The notes beneath the pieces were generated by a model. It worked only from the letters and a program-made list of their open reading frames with translations. It was not told where the DNA came from and searched no databases. Below are positions 35,693 through 39,292 of a DNA stretch of 39,292 nt, piece by piece. Each line of letters opens with the position of its first letter. The first letter of the stretch is position 1. The stretch is from contig JALHMH010000033.1 in NCBI GenBank assembly GCA_022844165.1, positions 11,865 to 51,156 of the forward strand. The letters are read 5' to 3'. The DNA is from Lysobacterales bacterium. GTDB taxonomy: Bacteria; Pseudomonadota; Gammaproteobacteria; Xanthomonadales; SZUA-5. Position numbers and translations under genes: made by a program.

Positions 35693-38431
35693 TTATGCAC
35701 GCTCGTGGCGTGCGACCGCCAACAGCAACAACACAGTTCCAGCCGTAACGACCAGATACACGCCCAGATCGAACAAGAACACGCTGGCCAGCGGGATCTT
35801 TTCCAACACCGGCAGTTTCCAATACTGGTAATAACTCGTCAGCAACGGATAGTCGACCCACATCGCCGCCGCGCCGGTGCCAACGGCGAGCAGCAGGCCT
35901 GCGGCAATGATGACCACCCAGGTTCGCGCCGAACCCAGAACACCACGCCCTTGAGCCATTGCGCTGAAACCAAGAGCGCCAGCCGCAACCAGGCCGGCGA
36001 TGAACCCACCGCCCGGTTGGTTGTGACCACGAATGAAGATGTAAATTGAAATCAGCAGTGCGAATGGCAACAGAACAGCAGCCGCCAACCGCAGCATCAT
36101 CGGCTGACTCGTCTCGTCTACCCGATCCACCTGACGATGCCGCGCGGCCAGGAGCGCATGAATAATCAGCGCGGCGATCGCAAACACGGTGATCTCGCCA
36201 AGCGTGTCGAGCCCGCGGAAGTCGACGATGATGACGTTGACCGCGTTGGTGCCGCCAGCCGCAGGCACGGCATTGTCCAGAAAGAACTGTGAAATGCTCT
36301 CCGATTCGAAGCTCAAGACCGCGTAAGAAGCAACGCCGACGGCTATTCCAACAAGCATGGCGATCGCAGCATGCGGCAGATCCTGACGCCAGTGCGAATC
36401 CGTTGCGGGCGTTGTTGCTGGCAGCGCGCGCAATGCCAAAAGCAGCAGCAGCGCACTGGCAACTTCGACCAGCAACTGTGTGAGCGCCAGATCGGGTGCA
36501 GAAAGCAGCACGAAGCCAACGCAAATCCAAAGGCCAATCGAACCAATCAGGGCCAGCGCCACCAGACGATTTCGGTAATGCCGCAGCAAAAACACGTTCA
36601 GTATAAGCAGCAGCATCAACAACGCCCACGCCAGCGGCGGTGCGCTGCTGTGCTGCTCGCCGAGCGCGAATCCACCGGCCCACCAGGGAGAACTTCCGAG
36701 CACAACTGCCGCTAGTGCCCAGATGGCGACATGCCGAGTCAGCCCTTCGTTCCCGACGATGCGCCAAACGCGTCGCGACACATCCAACGCGGCGGATAGG
36801 ATCGACTCATACATGCCGCGAGCGCGTTGTCCAAACTCGAGTCCGTGCAAATCGACGATTCGGCCGAGCCCAAAATACAAGGCCAGCCCGCCCGCCATTG
36901 CGATCGCACTCATCAGAAGCGGCAAATTGAACCCATGCCAGATCGCAAGGCTGTAGTAAGGCAATTCGCCACCCGCGGCGGCGCGCGCCGCCACATCAAG
37001 GATGGTCGCAATCGTGAGCCCTGGGAAGGTTCCAACCGCAATACACAATACAACGAGGACTTCGACTGGCACCTTCATGAAGCGCGGCGGTTCATGGGGC
37101 GTCTTGGGCGACTCACACACGGCCTTGCCGAAAAACACGTCATGCACGAATCGAACTGAATAGGCGACTGAAAAAATCGCCGCAATCACGGCACCCATCG
37201 GAACCACCCAGTCGAACACAGCATGGCCGGTGAGCGCCAGCGTTTCGGCGAAGAACATTTCTTTCGACAAAAATCCGTTGAGCAAGGGCACGCCGGCCAT
37301 CGCAGCCGCCGCAACGATCGCCAGAGCGCCGGTCCAGGGCATATAGCGAAACAAGTTCTTGAGTCGCCGGATATCTCGTGTGCCACTTTCGTGATCGATG
37401 ATGCCCGCCGCCATGAATAAGGAGGCTTTGAAGGTCGCGTGATTGATGATGTGAAACACTGCTGCGACCATCGTCAGCGGCGTTCCAAGCCCCATCAACA
37501 GCGTGATCAGTCCGAGATGCGAGATCGTGGAATACGCCAGCAGGCCTTTCAAGTCGTGTTGAAAAATCGCAATGCACGCGGCGGAGGTGAATGTAATCAA
37601 GCCCGCACTGGTCACAATCCAGAACCACTCATCGGTGCCCGAAAGCGCCGGGTTCAGGCGCGCCAGTAAGAACACGCCCGCCTTGACCATTGTTGCCGAA
37701 TGCAAGAAAGCCGAAACCGGCGTGGGCGCCGCCATCGCGTTGGGCAACCAAAAGTGGAATGGAAACTGTGCCGATTTGGTGAACGCGCCCAGAAGCACCA
37801 GACCCAGCGCCCACGGATACCAATCGTGATTGGTGATCAGGGAATGCGATGCCAGTACAAGATCCAGCTCGAAAGACCCGACGATGCGCCCGATCAACAG
37901 GATGCCGCCGAGCAGTGCCAGCCCACCCAGACCCGTAATGGCGAGCGCCATTCGTGCGCCGCGCCGGGCTTCCGCTTCCTCGCGCCAAAAACCGATCAGC
38001 AGGAACGATGTCAGACTGGTCAGTTCCCAGAAAACCAGCAGCAGCAGCAGATTGCCGCTGGTGACGACGCCCAGCATGGCGCAGGTAAAGAGCATCAAAT
38101 AGCCAAAAAAGCGTGGCATAGACTCGTCGCGACCCAGGTAGTAATGCGCGTAGAGCACAACGAGCGCACCGATACCGCTGACCAGCAGCGCGAACAGCCA
38201 GGCCAGCCCATCGATTCGCACATGCCAGGAAAGACCCAGCGCCGGCAACCATGTTGCCTGACTACGAGCGATTTCGCCGTCCAGAACAGCTGGCGCAAGC
38301 GCAACAACCAGTGCGAACACACCCAACATGCCACCTGCCGCGAGTGCGGTGGCGCGCAATCTCGCAGCATCCGGCAAGGTGAACAGCAACGCAGCTGCGA
38401 GCAGCGGAATCAGAATCAGGCCATCGACCAT
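35693..38431 (-). CDS. mrpA: Na+(K+)/H+ antiporter fused subunit A/B (PhaA-type)
   Basis: FWELTS, TKSAQFPFHFWLP, HSATMVKAG, APDLALTQ, NVIIVDFRGLDTLGE, GHNQPGGGF (MrpB part). ATG at 38431. Confidence 0.96.
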   Translation of the reverse strand: MVDGLILIPLLAAALLFTLPDAARLRATALAAGGMLGVFALVVALAPAVLDGEIARSQATWLPALGLSWHVRIDGLAWLFALLVSGIGALVVLYAHYYLGRDESMPRFFGYLMLFTCAMLGVVTSGNLLLLLVFWELTSLTSFLLIGFWREEAEARRGARMALAITGLGGLALLGGILLIGRIVGSFELDLVLASHSLITNHDWYPWALGLVLLGAFTKSAQFPFHFWLPNAMAAPTPVSAFLHSATMVKAGVFLLARLNPALSGTDEWFWIVTSAGLITFTSAACIAIFQHDLKGLLAYSTISHLGLITLLMGLGTPLTMVAAVFHIINHATFKASLFMAAGIIDHESGTRDIRRLKNLFRYMPWTGALAIVAAAAMAGVPLLNGFLSKEMFFAETLALTGHAVFDWVVPMGAVIAAIFSVAYSVRFVHDVFFGKAVCESPKTPHEPPRFMKVPVEVLVVLCIAVGTFPGLTIATILDVAARAAAGGELPYYSLAIWHGFNLPLLMSAIAMAGGLALYFGLGRIVDLHGLEFGQRARGMYESILSAALDVSRRVWRIVGNEGLTRHVAIWALAAVVLGSSPWWAGGFALGEQHSSAPPLAWALLMLLLILNVFLLRHYRNRLVALALIGSIGLWICVGFVLLSAPDLALTQLLVEVASALLLLLALRALPATTPATDSHWRQDLPHAAIAMLVGIAVGVASYAVLSFESESISQFFLDNAVPAAGGTNAVNVIIVDFRGLDTLGEITVFAIAALIIHALLAARHRQVDRVDETSQPMMLRLAAAVLLPFALLISIYIFIRGHNQPGGGFIAGLVAAGALGFSAMAQGRGVLGSARTWVVIIAAGLLLAVGTGAAAMWVDYPLLTSYYQYWKLPVLEKIPLASVFLFDLGVYLVVTAGTVLLLLAVARHERA

Positions 38432-38813
38432 TGCAAGGCGAATCACGGAAACGACAACGAACCATATCAGGCAATCGAGGCGTTGTTGTCATTCAAGGTG
38501 CCCGCGAGTGGCAACCGTCATCGCCACTGCCGGTCCAGATTGACGGCCCTACGGGTCCATCTGCGAGGTCTTCGACAGCCAGCGTGCACAAAACGCCGTT
38601 TCAATTCTCGCAAATTCTCACCAAACGAATGAAGTTGCATCGTTTGTAAGAAATTCCGGTTATCTTAGCCCGGCCTGACCGAATGCATGCGCGACGCTGA
38701 TCGGGATCGGCATTTTGTGATGGCATTCACGGACAAGTTGATCGTTGTTATTTATGGCTCAACCGCGCATTCTTCGCCGAATTCTCGCGCCGTCGATTCT
38801 GAGGACTCAAAGT

Positions 38814-39292
38814 ATGTTTCGTGCGCTGCTCACCTTCGTTCTCTTTTCCGTTTGCGCAAGTGTTGCCAGCGCGCAGCCTTACGATTACAACATCTACATC
38901 GACGCCGATTTGCGGTCGACCACGGGGTGCACGATCACCGGTGGCGGCCAGACCTTTGCTGGCGCGGATTGGCGCCTGACGGCACGGGTGACGGGCTCGC
39001 CACCACAAGTCACAGCGCGCAATCTGTCGCAATGTGTTGGGGGCACTTTCCAGAGCGCCGTGGCGCTGCCTGGCGGCGCGTACCCGGTGGCTCGAAACGT
39101 GGGCGTGCCTGTCGGTGGTGGCGCGTTGGCCGATGCGATCGAGGTCGCCGTGTCGCGTGCTCAGATTGTGGGCGCGAATTCCCTGGTCCGCATTGGCTAC
39201 ACCGCGGAGAGCGCATCGGGTTCGCTCGACATCCTGTTCACCACGAACGGCACCGCAGGTGGCGGGCCAATCCTCATCGGTGAGCAAGTCGC
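38814..39292 (+). CDS. Secreted protein, 5' part only (runs off the window)
   Basis: GAGGA RBS at 38801, ATG at 38814; MFRALLTFVLFSVCASVASA/QPYDYNIYIDADLRSTTGCTI... is open to the window end with a Sec signal ending in A-x-A. Absent from the ORF track because no stop codon lies in the window. Confidence 0.85.
   Translation, partial: MFRALLTFVLFSVCASVASAQPYDYNIYIDADLRSTTGCTITGGGQTFAGADWRLTARVTGSPPQVTARNLSQCVGGTFQSAVALPGGAYPVARNVGVPVGGGALADAIEVAVSRAQIVGANSLVRIGYTAESASGSLDILFTTNGTAGGGPILIGEQV

Noticed and set aside
35604-36767. 387-aa alternative-frame ORF within mrpA
   Set aside because: Arg-rich off-frame translation. mrpA is intact, so no frameshift is needed to explain it.
38687-39287. ORF-track entries 38687..39283 (+) and 38748..39287 (-)
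   Set aside because: They are off-frame and antisense shadows of the signal-peptide gene starting at 38814.

Overview
GC-rich gammaproteobacterial chromosome segment, probably Xanthomonadales/Lysobacterales-like (inferred from gene content and order). It consists mostly of core genes: a YjgR/DUF853 ATPase, a solute-binding protein paired with a HAMP-GGDEF-EAL sensor, pbpC, an rpoN-hpf-ptsN-hprK-rapZ-EIIA-ptsH-ptsI cluster, a GMC oxidoreductase, a TPR Ser/Thr kinase, a fused 2-oxoacid dehydrogenase E1, a membrane diguanylate cyclase, tesB, ate/bpt, an FGE-domain protein, rnd, a DUF5916-like outer-membrane protein, msrA, purD and an mrp/pha antiporter operon. Five signals are not shown by the ORF track or are easy to miss. 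(i) A XerC/D dif site at 415-442 (24/28 identical to E. coli dif), with KOPS octamers pointing at it. (ii) A truncated gene left of dif that ends in a 24-bp tandem-repeat acidic tail. (iii) A palindromic site upstream of rpoN that reads as a sigma54 -24/-12 promoter on both strands. (iv) A diguanylate cyclase whose membrane domain resembles VUT/YhhQ queuosine-precursor transporters. (v) A small exported HFPD-repeat protein, resembling the septoil (7_1) knot family, coupled to the kinase. All calls come from reading motifs by eye; no searches were run.
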